Shown: positions 1 to 9,180 of the stretch, in pieces
Numbering within the stretch: the first letter of the stretch is position 1
How the letters are laid out: every line of letters begins with the position of its first letter
Virus record (IMG/VR): IMGVR_UViG_3300028887_000078
Reading direction: 5' to 3' (one strand)
Source of the DNA: a virus
Lineage: Duplodnaviria; Caudoviricetes
Length of the DNA: 64,000 nucleotides
Program-made: the position numbers and the translations under genes
The notes under the pieces: generated by a model
Told to the model about the DNA's origin: nothing
Seen by the model: the letters and a program-made list of their open reading frames with translations, nothing else
Database searches by the model: none

Positions 1-402
1 GCAGGAGAACGACATATTGAGCGGCAGGAAGCAGCATCGCAGGAAGAAGGTCTTGAGTTCGCCTTCAACCTCGTGGACGAACCTCGCCTGCGTGAACTTG
101 TTCATCTGACTTGAGGTGTCTATCGAAATGGTGTCTATGTTGAGAACCCCTCTCGGCACTTTCTCGTAGTCGCCTATCGCCTTGCCGTTGTCTATCGCGT
201 CGTATTGGAACTCGTCCTTCAGAAAACGCTCGCTTCCTGTTATGGAGTACATAAAGGGTATGACGACCTTTTCGGACGTGCCGTCGGCAAGGTGTTGGTA
301 TATGTAGATTTTGTCCTTCAGTTCCGCGAGAAGCGCAACTATGACGTACCTCAACACGCTGTTGTCGTAGTTCTTTGTCTGATTGTATGTGGTCGGTTCC
401 AT
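1..402 (-). CDS. T4 gp15-like tail completion/sheath stabilizer (3'-partial, runs off window start)
   Basis: Manual translation from ATG at 402: MEPTTYNQTKNYDNSVLRYVIVALLAELKDKIYIY...KVVIPFMYSITGSERFL...KVPRGVL...LPLNMSFSC, a gp15-like pattern; TATAAATA at 423-430. Not in the ORF track. Confidence 0.65.
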   Translation of the reverse strand, partial: MEPTTYNQTKNYDNSVLRYVIVALLAELKDKIYIYQHLADGTSEKVVIPFMYSITGSERFLKDEFQYDAIDNGKAIGDYEKVPRGVLNIDTISIDTSSQMNKFTQARFVHEVEGELKTFFLRCCFLPLNMSFSC

Positions 403-407
403 ATCGC

Positions 408-426
408 GATATATCAATGATATATT
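408..426. promoter_or_regulatory. GATATATC-N3-GATATATC box
   Basis: GATATATC AAT GATATATT, overlapping late promoter 423-430. Confidence 0.7.
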
Positions 427-502
427 TATATATAATGAAATAAGAATATAGAATGTTTTTCACATTTTTTCAAAGGATGTGCAAAAAACATCTCTTTTTT
501 TA

Positions 503-512
503 TTATATTCAA
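503..512 (+). promoter_or_regulatory. Putative early/middle promoter core TTATATTCAA (representative of 16 exact copies)
   Basis: Copies 2-95 nt upstream of starts: + 503, 16077, 18224, 19044, 20721, 35583; - 25663, 26178, 26721, 30390, 45664, 47340, 50035, 53132, 53673, 60932. Confidence 0.75.
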
Positions 513-532
513 TAAACGACAAAATAAAGTTT

Positions 533-1651
533 ATGGCAAAAAATTATGTATTCAAGAAGAAAGCGCTGAAAATGACAACCCTGCGAATCGTGTTCGACGC
601 GGGGTCGAGACTTGAATTGGACGGCAGATACGGGACGATGCACCTTATGGAGCATTTAATCTGCAAGACGTTCAAGGACTTGTATCCACAACTCTCCAAA
701 CTCGGCATCGGGTGGAACGCCTACACGTCGAGCGAGCAGGTGGAGGTGTATTTCAGCGGTCTCGACAAATACCTCACCGCCGACCTCAAGGAGGAACTTT
801 TCAAGAGGATTACAGGAGGGTTGAAATCCGTTACGAAGAAGGAGTTTGAAAGCGAGCGCAACGTTGTGTGCCAAGAGTATATGGACTGCGTGTTCGACTC
901 CGACTACGCAAGCACAATGAACGTGCTGCGCAGATGGTTCGGCGAGTATCTCGCAATCGGGAAACTTGAGGACATCCAAAAGTTCACCCACAAGGATATG
1001 GTCGAGGTCTATGAAAAGCATTTCAGAAAACCCGCCCGCATTGTCGAGGTCGGACGAGCAAAGACCAAGTTCTTCGAGTCCGTCGAGTTCAAGGAAGTCG
1101 AAAAGACGAACAAGCACGAGCATTTCAGAAACCACAGGAGCGAAACTTTCGTGAACATCGCGTCGGACGACAAGACGCCTGTGTTCGGCATTGCAAAGAA
1201 AATGGTGTCTGCGAAGGACTACCCGTACTTGAGCGTCGGACTCGATATGCTCACCTACGGTCTTGAGTCACCGTTCTATATCGAACTGCGGGAGAAACTC
1301 GGTCTCACCTACTATGTGCAGTCCGCAATCCATTCCTACATCAACAGGGGGATAGTCATTCTGAAGGCGTGTACGGGCAGCGACCGCGCCGATGAACTCA
1401 TCTCAAAGATGAAGGGGTTGATTGCGAATGCAAAGAGTATGCTGACGGAAGAACGGTTCGAGACGGTTATGTCTAACCTGAAAATCAGCAGGGAAAAGGC
1501 GGACGCCGTCCTTTACAGCAACTGCGGGAGATACTCCACAATCTCGAAGATGAAGTTTCCGAACAACCTCGACAAGATTGACTATGGCAAGGTTGTAAAT
1601 GTGACAATGAAATACCTTTCGGGAATGGTCGTGCTGACGGCGAAAGACTGA
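533..1651 (+). CDS. M16 family zinc peptidase (insulinase-like)
   Basis: Inverted zinc motif HLMEH, NAYTS, ELREKLGLTY; ATG 533 lies just after the promoter motif. Confidence 0.9.
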   Translation: MAKNYVFKKKALKMTTLRIVFDAGSRLELDGRYGTMHLMEHLICKTFKDLYPQLSKLGIGWNAYTSSEQVEVYFSGLDKYLTADLKEELFKRITGGLKSVTKKEFESERNVVCQEYMDCVFDSDYASTMNVLRRWFGEYLAIGKLEDIQKFTHKDMVEVYEKHFRKPARIVEVGRAKTKFFESVEFKEVEKTNKHEHFRNHRSETFVNIASDDKTPVFGIAKKMVSAKDYPYLSVGLDMLTYGLESPFYIELREKLGLTYYVQSAIHSYINRGIVILKACTGSDRADELISKMKGLIANAKSMLTEERFETVMSNLKISREKADAVLYSNCGRYSTISKMKFPNNLDKIDYGKVVNVTMKYLSGMVVLTAKD

Positions 1652-1656
1652 TGCGC

Positions 1657-1728
1657 GGTTCCATAGTTCAATGGATAGAACATCGGTCTTCTAAACCGAC
1701 AATTCAGGTTCGATTCCTGATGGAACTA
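1657..1728 (+). tRNA. tRNA-Arg(UCU)
   Basis: Acceptor GGTTCCA/TGGAACT, D-arm GTTC-AATGGATA-GAAC (A20), anticodon arm TCGGT-CTTCTAA-ACCGA, T-arm TCAGG-TTCGATT-CCTGA; no encoded CCA. Confidence 0.93.
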
Positions 1729-1735
1729 CAAAAAA

Positions 1736-1819
1736 GCACCGGTAGAACGTAATTGGAAGCGTCCCTCTCTCCTAAAGAGGTGTCTTATGACCTTGTGGGT
1801 TCGAGTCCCATCCGGTGTT
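1736..1819 (+). tRNA. tRNA with CCU anticodon (Arg) and atypical long variable arm
   Basis: Acceptor GCACCGG/CCGGTGT, anticodon arm CCTCT-CTCCTAA-AGAGG, variable stem GTC-TTAT-GAC, T-arm GTGGG-TTCGAGT-CCCAT. Confidence 0.8.
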
Positions 1820-1830
1820 CTAAAACCAAT

Positions 1831-2106
1831 TCACAAATCAAGTTTTTTCATCAATTTCTTGACAATGCCTTCGAGTTTGAAATTCGCACGTTTGAAATGC
1901 AGGACGCTCTCTTTGAGTTCCTCTATTTTCCTGCGTAGAAACGAATTTTCCTCTATGGACTTTTGGCGCATATATTCGGCGCCTTCTATGAACGCTTGTG
2001 AATATATCAGTTCTGGTTTTGCGTCCTGTGGTGGTCTGTTGTTGTTGCGGGATTTCTTCGCCGCACGTATAAGCGATTCTGTTGTGATGTTCTTGACCGC
2101 TTTCAT
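1831..2106 (-). CDS. Hypothetical protein (late promoter)
   Basis: ATG 2106 MKAVKNITTES..., C-terminal coiled coil; TATAAATA at 2129-2136. Confidence 0.65.
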   Translation of the reverse strand: MKAVKNITTESLIRAAKKSRNNNRPPQDAKPELIYSQAFIEGAEYMRQKSIEENSFLRRKIEELKESVLHFKRANFKLEGIVKKLMKKLDL

Positions 2107-2142
2107 AGTTTTGGGATTGTTCCAATAGTATTTATACGCAAA

Positions 2143-3669
2143 ATGGAGAATACTGAAAACACAAACAAACACTTGTTGCTGAATGAGATATACACTCTGA
2201 TATATGACATTCACAACCACGGCGCCCCGTTCCATTACAGCGATTTGTTTGCAACGGCGCTGCTGTGGATGTATGACAATCTCGAAAGGGATGATTTCGA
2301 CATATTGTTCGACTTCCTTTACGGCGTTTCCCTGTTTGAAGGCAGGTCGCTGACAAAACAGTTCGACGTGATATTCAACAGACGCAAGTCGTATCCTATG
2401 TACGAACATACAAACTCCTGTTTCCTGAAACAATATGGACTTGAATCACGGGATTATGAAAGGGGTATGCGAAAGAGTATGATTATTCCGTTCAAGCATT
2501 TCAGATTGGACAAAAACTGTCTTTTTGAAAGTATGCTGAACAACTGCGTTATGGAACGTGGGACTTCTGACAAACTGTTTTCCGCATACAGGAACCTGTG
2601 CAACAAATACAAGGGATTTGAAGCGTGTTGCGAAGACAAGGATTCGCTGTTGAATATATGCGGTGTGCCTGAAAGATACAGGAAAGTGTGTCCAGCTTCG
2701 TCGGAAACCCTGTATCGGATGGTGAAGTTCTATGACGCCTATGGGAGGGTCAGCGGTACTGTCACAGACCTCAACCACATATCGGTTTACAAATGCGATG
2801 ACTTTGGCGGTATGTTTTCCTCGACCAACCATTTCCTAAACACAGACGCTGAAGGCAAGAACAAGATATTCAGGTTCATAAATCGGACGAAGTGGGTGTA
2901 TGACATAGGCACTTGGGACGTCTCCCACGTTAAAGATATGAGAAATGTGTTCAGGTATGCCGATTACATACCAAAATGTATTTCACGATGGAATGTCGAA
3001 AACGTCGGTTCGTTTTCAGGTGCGTTCAGGGGGGTTAAAAGGATTCCCGACATTTCTTCGTGGAACACGCAGAACTGTTTCGATATGTGCGAGATGTTTC
3101 ACAGTGCGGACAACATTCCGGACATTTCCAAATGGTTTGTCGGAAATGTTCATCAGATGGCATATATGTTCTACAATACAGGATATATTCCAGATATATC
3201 TATGTGGGACGTCTCTAACGTGTATGCTATGGAATTTATGTTCTCCAACTCAAGGCTGACTGCGGACTTGTCCCGTTGGAATGTTTCCAATGTGACGTCT
3301 TTTCTCGGTATGTTCAAAAACTCCATATTTGCAGTTGACACTGATTTCACCGATTGGAACGTGTCGCAGGCGGTGGAGTTCAGCGGTATGTTCCAAAACT
3401 CAAGCGGTCACCTTTGGGTTGAATGTTCAACAAAAGGCAGGCGTTCGGGATTGAGCGGTATGCTGCGCAACTGCGTTCCGATTTTCATAGACATTTCCGC
3501 TTGGGATGTCTCTGGCGCGATGTATATGGACAGTATGTTCGAGGGGTCAGACTTCGCCACCGACTTGTCGAGGTGGAATGTATCGAACGTCAAATATGCA
3601 AAGCGATTTGACGTCAACTGCGAATGCAGTCATAAAAATCCGTTTTTCAACGAAGGTACCTGTTTATAA
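2143..3669 (+). CDS. DUF285 / BspA-type repeat protein
   Basis: Repeats of xISxWDVSNVxxMxxMF in the C-terminal half. Confidence 0.85.
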   Translation: MENTENTNKHLLLNEIYTLIYDIHNHGAPFHYSDLFATALLWMYDNLERDDFDILFDFLYGVSLFEGRSLTKQFDVIFNRRKSYPMYEHTNSCFLKQYGLESRDYERGMRKSMIIPFKHFRLDKNCLFESMLNNCVMERGTSDKLFSAYRNLCNKYKGFEACCEDKDSLLNICGVPERYRKVCPASSETLYRMVKFYDAYGRVSGTVTDLNHISVYKCDDFGGMFSSTNHFLNTDAEGKNKIFRFINRTKWVYDIGTWDVSHVKDMRNVFRYADYIPKCISRWNVENVGSFSGAFRGVKRIPDISSWNTQNCFDMCEMFHSADNIPDISKWFVGNVHQMAYMFYNTGYIPDISMWDVSNVYAMEFMFSNSRLTADLSRWNVSNVTSFLGMFKNSIFAVDTDFTDWNVSQAVEFSGMFQNSSGHLWVECSTKGRRSGLSGMLRNCVPIFIDISAWDVSGAMYMDSMFEGSDFATDLSRWNVSNVKYAKRFDVNCECSHKNPFFNEGTCL

Positions 3670-3672
3670 ATA
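3665..3672 (+). promoter_or_regulatory. T4-type late promoter TATAAATA (representative of ~22 copies)
   Basis: + 3665, 7001, 8294, 10240, 12155, 19803, 26762, 28227, 32008, 45859, 61074; - 423, 2129, 4200, 6177, 19781, 33706, 34663, 35156, 35565, 41830, 54808. Precedes gp15, gp13, gp4, gp26 and UvsW as in T4. Confidence 0.85.
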
Positions 3673-3694
3673 ATGGAAATATAAATTTGAAACT

Positions 3695-3907
3695 ATGGCA
3701 CACATAAAGACTATCAACGAAATGGAGAATTTCAAAAACAACATTTCAATCGACCTTCAGGTCGACGACTATTTTATGGCGGAGTCGTTGTTCGACATCG
3801 CCGAGCGCATTGAAAACGACGACCTGCTCGACGACCTTTATGAGAGTCCGAAAAAGGAGATTTTTGTAGAAGGCGAACATTACAACGCAATAATCAGGAA
3901 AAAATAA
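3695..3907 (+). CDS. Small protein with capsid-targeting-like N-terminus (MAHIKTINEM)
   Basis: ORF track; late promoter 3665; motif shared with 7 other coding regions. Confidence 0.75.
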   Translation: MAHIKTINEMENFKNNISIDLQVDDYFMAESLFDIAERIENDDLLDDLYESPKKEIFVEGEHYNAIIRKK

Positions 3908-3929
3908 AACATAAAACCGATTGCATAAA

Positions 3930-3962
3930 AAAAAGGCGGGAAATCCCCGCCTTTCTTTTTTT
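3930..3962. terminator. Bidirectional intrinsic terminator
   Basis: A-tract, GGCGGG-AAATC-CCCGCC, T-tract, between convergent genes. Confidence 0.8.
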
Positions 3963-3974
3963 CAGCAAAACCAA

Positions 3975-4139
3975 TTATTTGATGGTGTCGCATACGGCAA
4001 CGCTGTCAATGGCAACGCTGTCGACAGCAACTGTGTCGGTTGCAACCGTGTCGGTTGCCTCAACTTCGGTTTCAACCGTCTTGCTCGTGCAGGCGCAGAA
4101 CATTGCGCACACAAACATAATCAAAAAAAGTTTTTTCAT
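3975..4139 (-). CDS. 54-aa lipoprotein-like peptide
   Basis: Manual translation MKKLFLIMFVCAMFCACTSKTVETEVEATDTVATDTVAVDSVAIDSVAVCDTIK; signal peptide with lipobox-like Cys; TATAAATA at 4200-4207; below the ORF-track cutoff. Confidence 0.8.
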   Translation of the reverse strand: MKKLFLIMFVCAMFCACTSKTVETEVEATDTVATDTVAVDSVAIDSVAVCDTIK

Positions 4140-4215
4140 AGTTCTGATTTTTATTTGTTTTTTAGTCGGTTCCCATAATTGGGTCGCTTTGTTGGGTTAT
4201 ATTTATATTATTTGT

Positions 4216-6147
4216 TTATAAGGACAGTCCGCCGTCACCGTTATCTGCACCTCCGCCATTGTTGTTCTGCTTCGGTTCGGGTTTCGTTTTTTCCTCCTTT
4301 TCCTTCTTTTCGGGTTTCCCCGATTTAGGTTCGGGTGCGGTCTTTTCGGGTTCCTGACGCTCGCCTTCCACCTCCGCTTTCTGTGCTTCATCCTTTTCTG
4401 CGGGTTCGCTCACGGAATCCGAATTGCCATTATCATCGGGTTTGCTTTCATCGGAACTGTTTGTGTTGCCATCCTCTGATTTGCCGCTTTCCGACTCATC
4501 GGATTTTTCGTCAGATTTTTCATCATCCCCATTTGAGTTGTCGGACTCATCATCTTTCGTTTCATCACTTTCTGACTTGCTTTCATCATCTTTTGATTCT
4601 TTCCCGTTTTCTTCCTCATCTCCGGACTTTTCTTCATTTGAGGTGTCGGAGTCCTCTGATTTGTTTTCATCGTCCCTTTCGCCTTCTTTTGAGTCCGTAT
4701 CGGATTTGTCGGGTTCATCTTCTTTCTTTTCTTCCGATTTTTCTTCCTCTTTCTTTTCTTCATCCTTTTCTTCGGGTTCTGACTTTTCTTCCTCTTTCTT
4801 TTCTTCATCCTTTTCTTCGGGTTCTGATTTTTCCTCCTTGTGTTCTTCTTCTTTCTTTTCCTCGTGTCCATCATTGTCATCATCGTCACCGTCTTTGATT
4901 TCCTCTCCGATGGACTTCATAAGTTCGGTGAACGACATAACCTTTTTAGTTTCGCTTTCCTCCGCCGCCTGTTCTATTGACTTGTTCATACTTGTCTTCA
5001 TCAGTTCGTCAAAAGTTTTCACCTGCTCATCATTTTCGGACGTGTGCCTCTTTATCGCGGACACTTCATCGTTGAAAGTGTCAATTAGGTCTTTGTCAAA
5101 GATTGACGCGGCACTTGTTGCGTTCGGGTCTTTCTTGTTCATAAACGTTCCGACGATGATTTGGAACGCTGTTGAGAGGTTCGGGTTCTTCGTTAGTATT
5201 TCCGCCGTCTCTTTGTTCGGGATTTTGTCAATGTTCACGGTGAATGACTCCTTCACCGAACCGTTTATGTCCTTCAGTATCTTGTTGTTTTTGTCGACGT
5301 ACATATTGAACAGTCGGCATATCATATCCATATAGCGTTCATCGTCATTGTCGCCTTTCACCTCCACGTCTTTGAGGTCAACGGTTTTCAGGAACGCGAT
5401 GAAGTTGGCGAGCACAATCTCGTTCTCACACCCGTCGTTTGCGCCGAAGTCCCCCTTGTTGCTTTTGATGAGTTCCTCCATATAGGGGTCGACGAGTTTG
5501 GCGCACACGCATTTCTTCGAGTTGGGTTTGTAGAACTTGAATATGAAACTGTCTATTCCTCCGAACCCGTTGCGGTATGCGCTGTGGTTGCTCTGCGGGT
5601 TGAGTATGCTTATGATGTATTGCGAGAACGGCACGCCTTCAGGAACACCTCCGCCGTCCACATATTGTCTTATCCTTTCCTTTTGGATTTCGGTAAGGAA
5701 CCCCTGATACACAGGTTGTGAATAGTCAATCAAAAGTCTTTCCGCCCATTTCTTCAGTGCGTCGGGGTCTTCGATTATCGTGCTGCCTGTGTCTATGCAG
5801 GACAGGATGAGGTTGTTCTGCGGCATATAGTCGTATTCGATGAGGTTCGTGTCGTTTTGCACGAAATACTGCATCCTGAACATCCAACCTTCTGGGAACT
5901 CCCTGTAGAAAATCATACTGACACGCTTTATGTAGTCTATGCCGTCTTGGAAATACGAGTACAGTGCGGAGTTGACCTGTGTGATTTCCTCGTTGTCGCG
6001 ACCTTTGTAGAATTTCAATTCATCACCCCTTCTGCTGAATGACAATGTGGAGGCGTTCAGTTTTTCATAGACTATGACATAGTTGTTCATAATGTCGTCG
6101 AGAAATTCCCTGCCGTTGTCCTGTAATATGTTTTGAATTGATTTCAT
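4216..6147 (-). CDS. Late protein with long acidic low-complexity C-terminal tail
   Basis: 643 aa; about 230 aa E/D/K/S-rich tail with repeated EEKKEEEKSEPEEKD; TATAAATA at 6177-6184. Confidence 0.8.
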   Translation of the reverse strand: MKSIQNILQDNGREFLDDIMNNYVIVYEKLNASTLSFSRRGDELKFYKGRDNEEITQVNSALYSYFQDGIDYIKRVSMIFYREFPEGWMFRMQYFVQNDTNLIEYDYMPQNNLILSCIDTGSTIIEDPDALKKWAERLLIDYSQPVYQGFLTEIQKERIRQYVDGGGVPEGVPFSQYIISILNPQSNHSAYRNGFGGIDSFIFKFYKPNSKKCVCAKLVDPYMEELIKSNKGDFGANDGCENEIVLANFIAFLKTVDLKDVEVKGDNDDERYMDMICRLFNMYVDKNNKILKDINGSVKESFTVNIDKIPNKETAEILTKNPNLSTAFQIIVGTFMNKKDPNATSAASIFDKDLIDTFNDEVSAIKRHTSENDEQVKTFDELMKTSMNKSIEQAAEESETKKVMSFTELMKSIGEEIKDGDDDDNDGHEEKKEEEHKEEKSEPEEKDEEKKEEEKSEPEEKDEEKKEEEKSEEKKEDEPDKSDTDSKEGERDDENKSEDSDTSNEEKSGDEEENGKESKDDESKSESDETKDDESDNSNGDDEKSDEKSDESESGKSEDGNTNSSDESKPDDNGNSDSVSEPAEKDEAQKAEVEGERQEPEKTAPEPKSGKPEKKEKEEKTKPEPKQNNNGGGADNGDGGLSL

Positions 6148-6208
6148 CGTTGTAATTTTTTCGCTGTTTTTTGTTATATTTATAAATGTAGAGAAAAAAC
6201 AACTGAAA

Positions 6209-6655
6209 ATGAAAACTTCATCAGGAATAATTGCGTATTCTGTGAAAAACGGAAAACTTCTTTTTCTTGCAGGGCATCCAGGCGGGTGCAGGGGTGACTA
6301 TTGGACTATGTTCAAAGGCGAATGCGCGGACGGGGAGGAACTTGCCGAAACCGCCGTCAGGGAGTTCTGTGAGGAAACTGGAATTGAACTCGGAGGAGAG
6401 GCGATAACGGACATTGTCTATCTCGGTTGCGTGAAACAGAGCAACCACAAGAGAGTCCACGCGTTTGCATTGGAGGTTGACTATGACGGCATAGACCTGT
6501 CCGCCTGCCATTCCAACAAGGCGGACAACTGCGATTGGGACGAGATTGACCGATACGCTTGGTTTGATTATGACGGCATCGTTTCAAGGACGCACAGGAC
6601 GCATAAAATCTTTTATGACAAAATATCAAACAATTATAACAAATGGAAACGATAA
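6209..6655 (+). CDS. NUDIX hydrolase
   Basis: Nudix box KGECADGEELAETAVREFCEETGI. Confidence 0.9.
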   Translation: MKTSSGIIAYSVKNGKLLFLAGHPGGCRGDYWTMFKGECADGEELAETAVREFCEETGIELGGEAITDIVYLGCVKQSNHKRVHAFALEVDYDGIDLSACHSNKADNCDWDEIDRYAWFDYDGIVSRTHRTHKIFYDKISNNYNKWKR

Positions 6656-6993
6656 CGACAAACAATCTTACATACAACAATTTCGTGTCGGTAAGACCGC
6701 TGACCGAGGAGGAGGCGCGCAAGGTCTATTCAAAGATGAAAAAGGAGAAACTCATAGAGATGCTCATCGCCTGCAACAAGTTGGTTGATTCCCTGTATGC
6801 CGAATTGGGCAGGAGGGAACATCCTTTTCCGGGATACGAATACCACAACCTCGACTGCACGGATTGGGCGCATTGCAGGAATCCGCAGATGGACTGTGTG
6901 AACTGTCCACTGCGCGCGTTGCCGAGCGATTATATAATAAAACCGTCAACGATTGGCACTGGCGCGACAGACAATTTGGGGACTTTGAAATAA
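6643..6993 (+). CDS. Hypothetical protein with Cys cluster
   Basis: CxxxxxCxNPxxDCxNCP; overlaps the NUDIX stop. Confidence 0.65.
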   Translation: METITTNNLTYNNFVSVRPLTEEEARKVYSKMKKEKLIEMLIACNKLVDSLYAELGRREHPFPGYEYHNLDCTDWAHCRNPQMDCVNCPLRALPSDYIIKPSTIGTGATDNLGTLK

Positions 6994-7032
6994 GACTGTG
7001 TATAAATAGATTGTAACGACAATCACAAAAAA

Positions 7033-7671
7033 ATGAGTGAAACGGCAGACAAAATAGAGAGTTTGGTGAATGATTTCAGCGACAGTGTTGCTGAAAACAT
7101 TGTTGACGACAACACCCTTGTGTTCACCGCACAGGACGCGGAGGCGGCAAGGAAGGCGCGCGAGGAACGGGACTTGGAGGCGAAGATGCGCACGATTGAC
7201 GCAAAGCGTGCTGCGGACGACCTTGTCAAGTCTGCGAAGGAACTGTATACAAAGACTTCCGACATTGACTACATCAGGTTCAAAGGCGAGGCGGACGCGG
7301 ACTCTCTTGGGAAAATCATATTCCAAATCGACGTGGTGGAGGACGCAATCAGGAGCGTGTCGGAGAAAATATCCGACGGGGACGACAACCCCGCATACCA
7401 CAAGTCGCTTTGTGAACTTGAAAAGACATTGCTCGAATTGCTGAAGACAAAGAACTCGTATTTGCAGAGCATAGAGGATTCGTTCAAGCAAATCAACAAC
7501 GATGTTGAAATGAGTGCCGCAATAGAGGTGGTCGGGGATGATGAAGGTTCAACGCTCACCGCGAAGGCGAAGAACGGCAAAGACCTTATGCGCCTGATAA
7601 ACGAGGCGAGCGACCGAATGAAAAAGGAATTGAAGAACGCTCCGCAGGAAGACGCGCAGAATTTGTTTTAA
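7033..7671 (+). CDS. Hypothetical helical late protein
   Basis: ORF track; TATAAATA at 7001. Confidence 0.75.
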   Translation: MSETADKIESLVNDFSDSVAENIVDDNTLVFTAQDAEAARKAREERDLEAKMRTIDAKRAADDLVKSAKELYTKTSDIDYIRFKGEADADSLGKIIFQIDVVEDAIRSVSEKISDGDDNPAYHKSLCELEKTLLELLKTKNSYLQSIEDSFKQINNDVEMSAAIEVVGDDEGSTLTAKAKNGKDLMRLINEASDRMKKELKNAPQEDAQNLF

Positions 7672-7691
7672 CCACTTAAACCAAAAGTGAT

Positions 7692-8045
7692 ATGGAAAAC
7701 TTTTATGAAACTTTTTTGGAAGAAAAAGGATTGAAAACCGTGGACTGCTTCATAGTTCAACGTGAAACCTACAATGAAATGTGCAACGGTCTCACAATAA
7801 CAATTTCTGAAGGCGTGTTCACGGATGCAAAACTCGCGGATGAATTTGCTGAAAAATTATTTTTTGACGAAATAAACAACGACAGTTTCGTTAAAAACGA
7901 AATTGTTGAAAAACGGGAGGTCGACAAAACAACTTCCTATTTCAAGGCATATATGAAAAACGGCAATACACTGACCGTATATGTTGACAGCGCGGAGAAT
8001 TTCGTACAGGACGACAGAAACGATGCAAACATAATATCTTGGTGA
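7692..8045 (+). CDS. Hypothetical protein
   Basis: ORF track, operon-like spacing. Confidence 0.65.
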   Translation: MENFYETFLEEKGLKTVDCFIVQRETYNEMCNGLTITISEGVFTDAKLADEFAEKLFFDEINNDSFVKNEIVEKREVDKTTSYFKAYMKNGNTLTVYVDSAENFVQDDRNDANIISW

Positions 8046-8046
8046 T

Positions 8047-8298
8047 ATGGACGTGACGATGAAGAACGGGTACGTTATGATTAAGGACGTGCCGCAGGAA
8101 GAAAGGAGAACGGAGTCGGGACTGATACTCCCGAAGGCAAAGTACAACCGAATCGCGGAGATTGTCGCGGTGTGCGAGGGGTCGAAGTTCAATGTCGGCG
8201 ATGTCATCATAAAACCGATTGGTCGCAGCACACCCGTCACGATTGACGGCGTGGACTACGAGTGCATAAAGGAGGACATCGTTTTCGCGAAGTTATAA
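8047..8298 (+). CDS. groES: GroES/Cpn10-like co-chaperonin
   Basis: EERRTESGLILP mobile loop, EIVAVCEG, VGDVI, IDGVDY..IKE. Confidence 0.85.
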   Translation: MDVTMKNGYVMIKDVPQEERRTESGLILPKAKYNRIAEIVAVCEGSKFNVGDVIIKPIGRSTPVTIDGVDYECIKEDIVFAKL

Positions 8299-8308
8299 AT
8301 ATTGAATT

Positions 8309-8881
8309 ATGATGGAATTGGTGACATATAAACTGATAATCGACCTGTTCGACCATCTGCGCGCGTACAGTATGGAACTTGTGTCCGTGCAGATTTACAA
8401 ATGGAAGAAAACGACAGGTCAGTATCAGTATTATACCTTCAGTTCCTATGACGAACTCTATGACTTCTACATCGACAACTACTACCCCTTTGACATCTGC
8501 GCTTGGTTCGGCGACATTTGGGCGGTGAACAAGTTCACCGTGCAGACGCAACTCGACCCGACATACACGATGTCGATGTCCGCATTCGACGTGAACGGAA
8601 ACGCCTATGTGCAGGACACCTCCCAATACGACACTGACAGAATCGGGGCGTGGGCGCCGTCGAAGGAAAGGCAAATATCGTTCCTTGAGATGACTGTCGG
8701 CGAGTATTCGGCATATTATCAGGAGTTGTACGGCATATACCTGACAGGTGTGTATTCGGTATGCTACGCGGTGCCTGGCTGGACGGAACACACCACCGTC
8801 CTGCAAAGTTACAGGGATATGCTTTTTGGAAATGAAAACAATGAAGGCAACGGCGGTTTCAGCGCCGTGGTGTTCGATTAA
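8309..8881 (+). CDS. Hypothetical late protein
   Basis: ORF track; TATAAATA at 8294-8301. Confidence 0.7.
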   Translation: MMELVTYKLIIDLFDHLRAYSMELVSVQIYKWKKTTGQYQYYTFSSYDELYDFYIDNYYPFDICAWFGDIWAVNKFTVQTQLDPTYTMSMSAFDVNGNAYVQDTSQYDTDRIGAWAPSKERQISFLEMTVGEYSAYYQELYGIYLTGVYSVCYAVPGWTEHTTVLQSYRDMLFGNENNEGNGGFSAVVFD

Positions 8882-8892
8882 ACTATTTTGGT

Positions 8893-9180
8893 ATGTTAGA
8901 CGAAAAAATGGAAAAATTGAAGGAGTTTGTGGAAACTTCAACCGATGAAATGATGAACCTGCTTCTTGTGTCACTGATTTCATCCGACAACATTATGTGC
9001 GCAGACGACTGCAAAAAGTCACTTGAGTTTTCAAAAGTCCTTCGGGTTGCGGTGAAACACGCGGACATCCCAGATGAAAAGAAACAGATATATCTTGAAT
9101 ATATCGCAAAGGGCGAGAACATTCTCAACCAAGACCTTGAACATTTCAAACAAGAAACCGACAAACAGCAGGAACAATGA
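8893..9180 (+). CDS. Hypothetical protein
   Basis: ORF track; ATGA overlap with the next gene. Confidence 0.65.
   Translation: MLDEKMEKLKEFVETSTDEMMNLLLVSLISSDNIMCADDCKKSLEFSKVLRVAVKHADIPDEKKQIYLEYIAKGENILNQDLEHFKQETDKQQEQ

Noticed and set aside
65-463. 132-aa minus-strand ORF from the track
   Set aside because: Alternative frame over the gp15-like gene that starts at 402.
1764-1781. Amber-suppressor (CUA) reading of the second tRNA
   Set aside because: Requires a shifted, weaker stem and C33; the CCU register gives a perfect 5-bp stem with U33.
4335-5335. Ser/Phe-rich plus-strand ORFs
   Set aside because: Antisense shadows of the acidic tail of 4216..6147.
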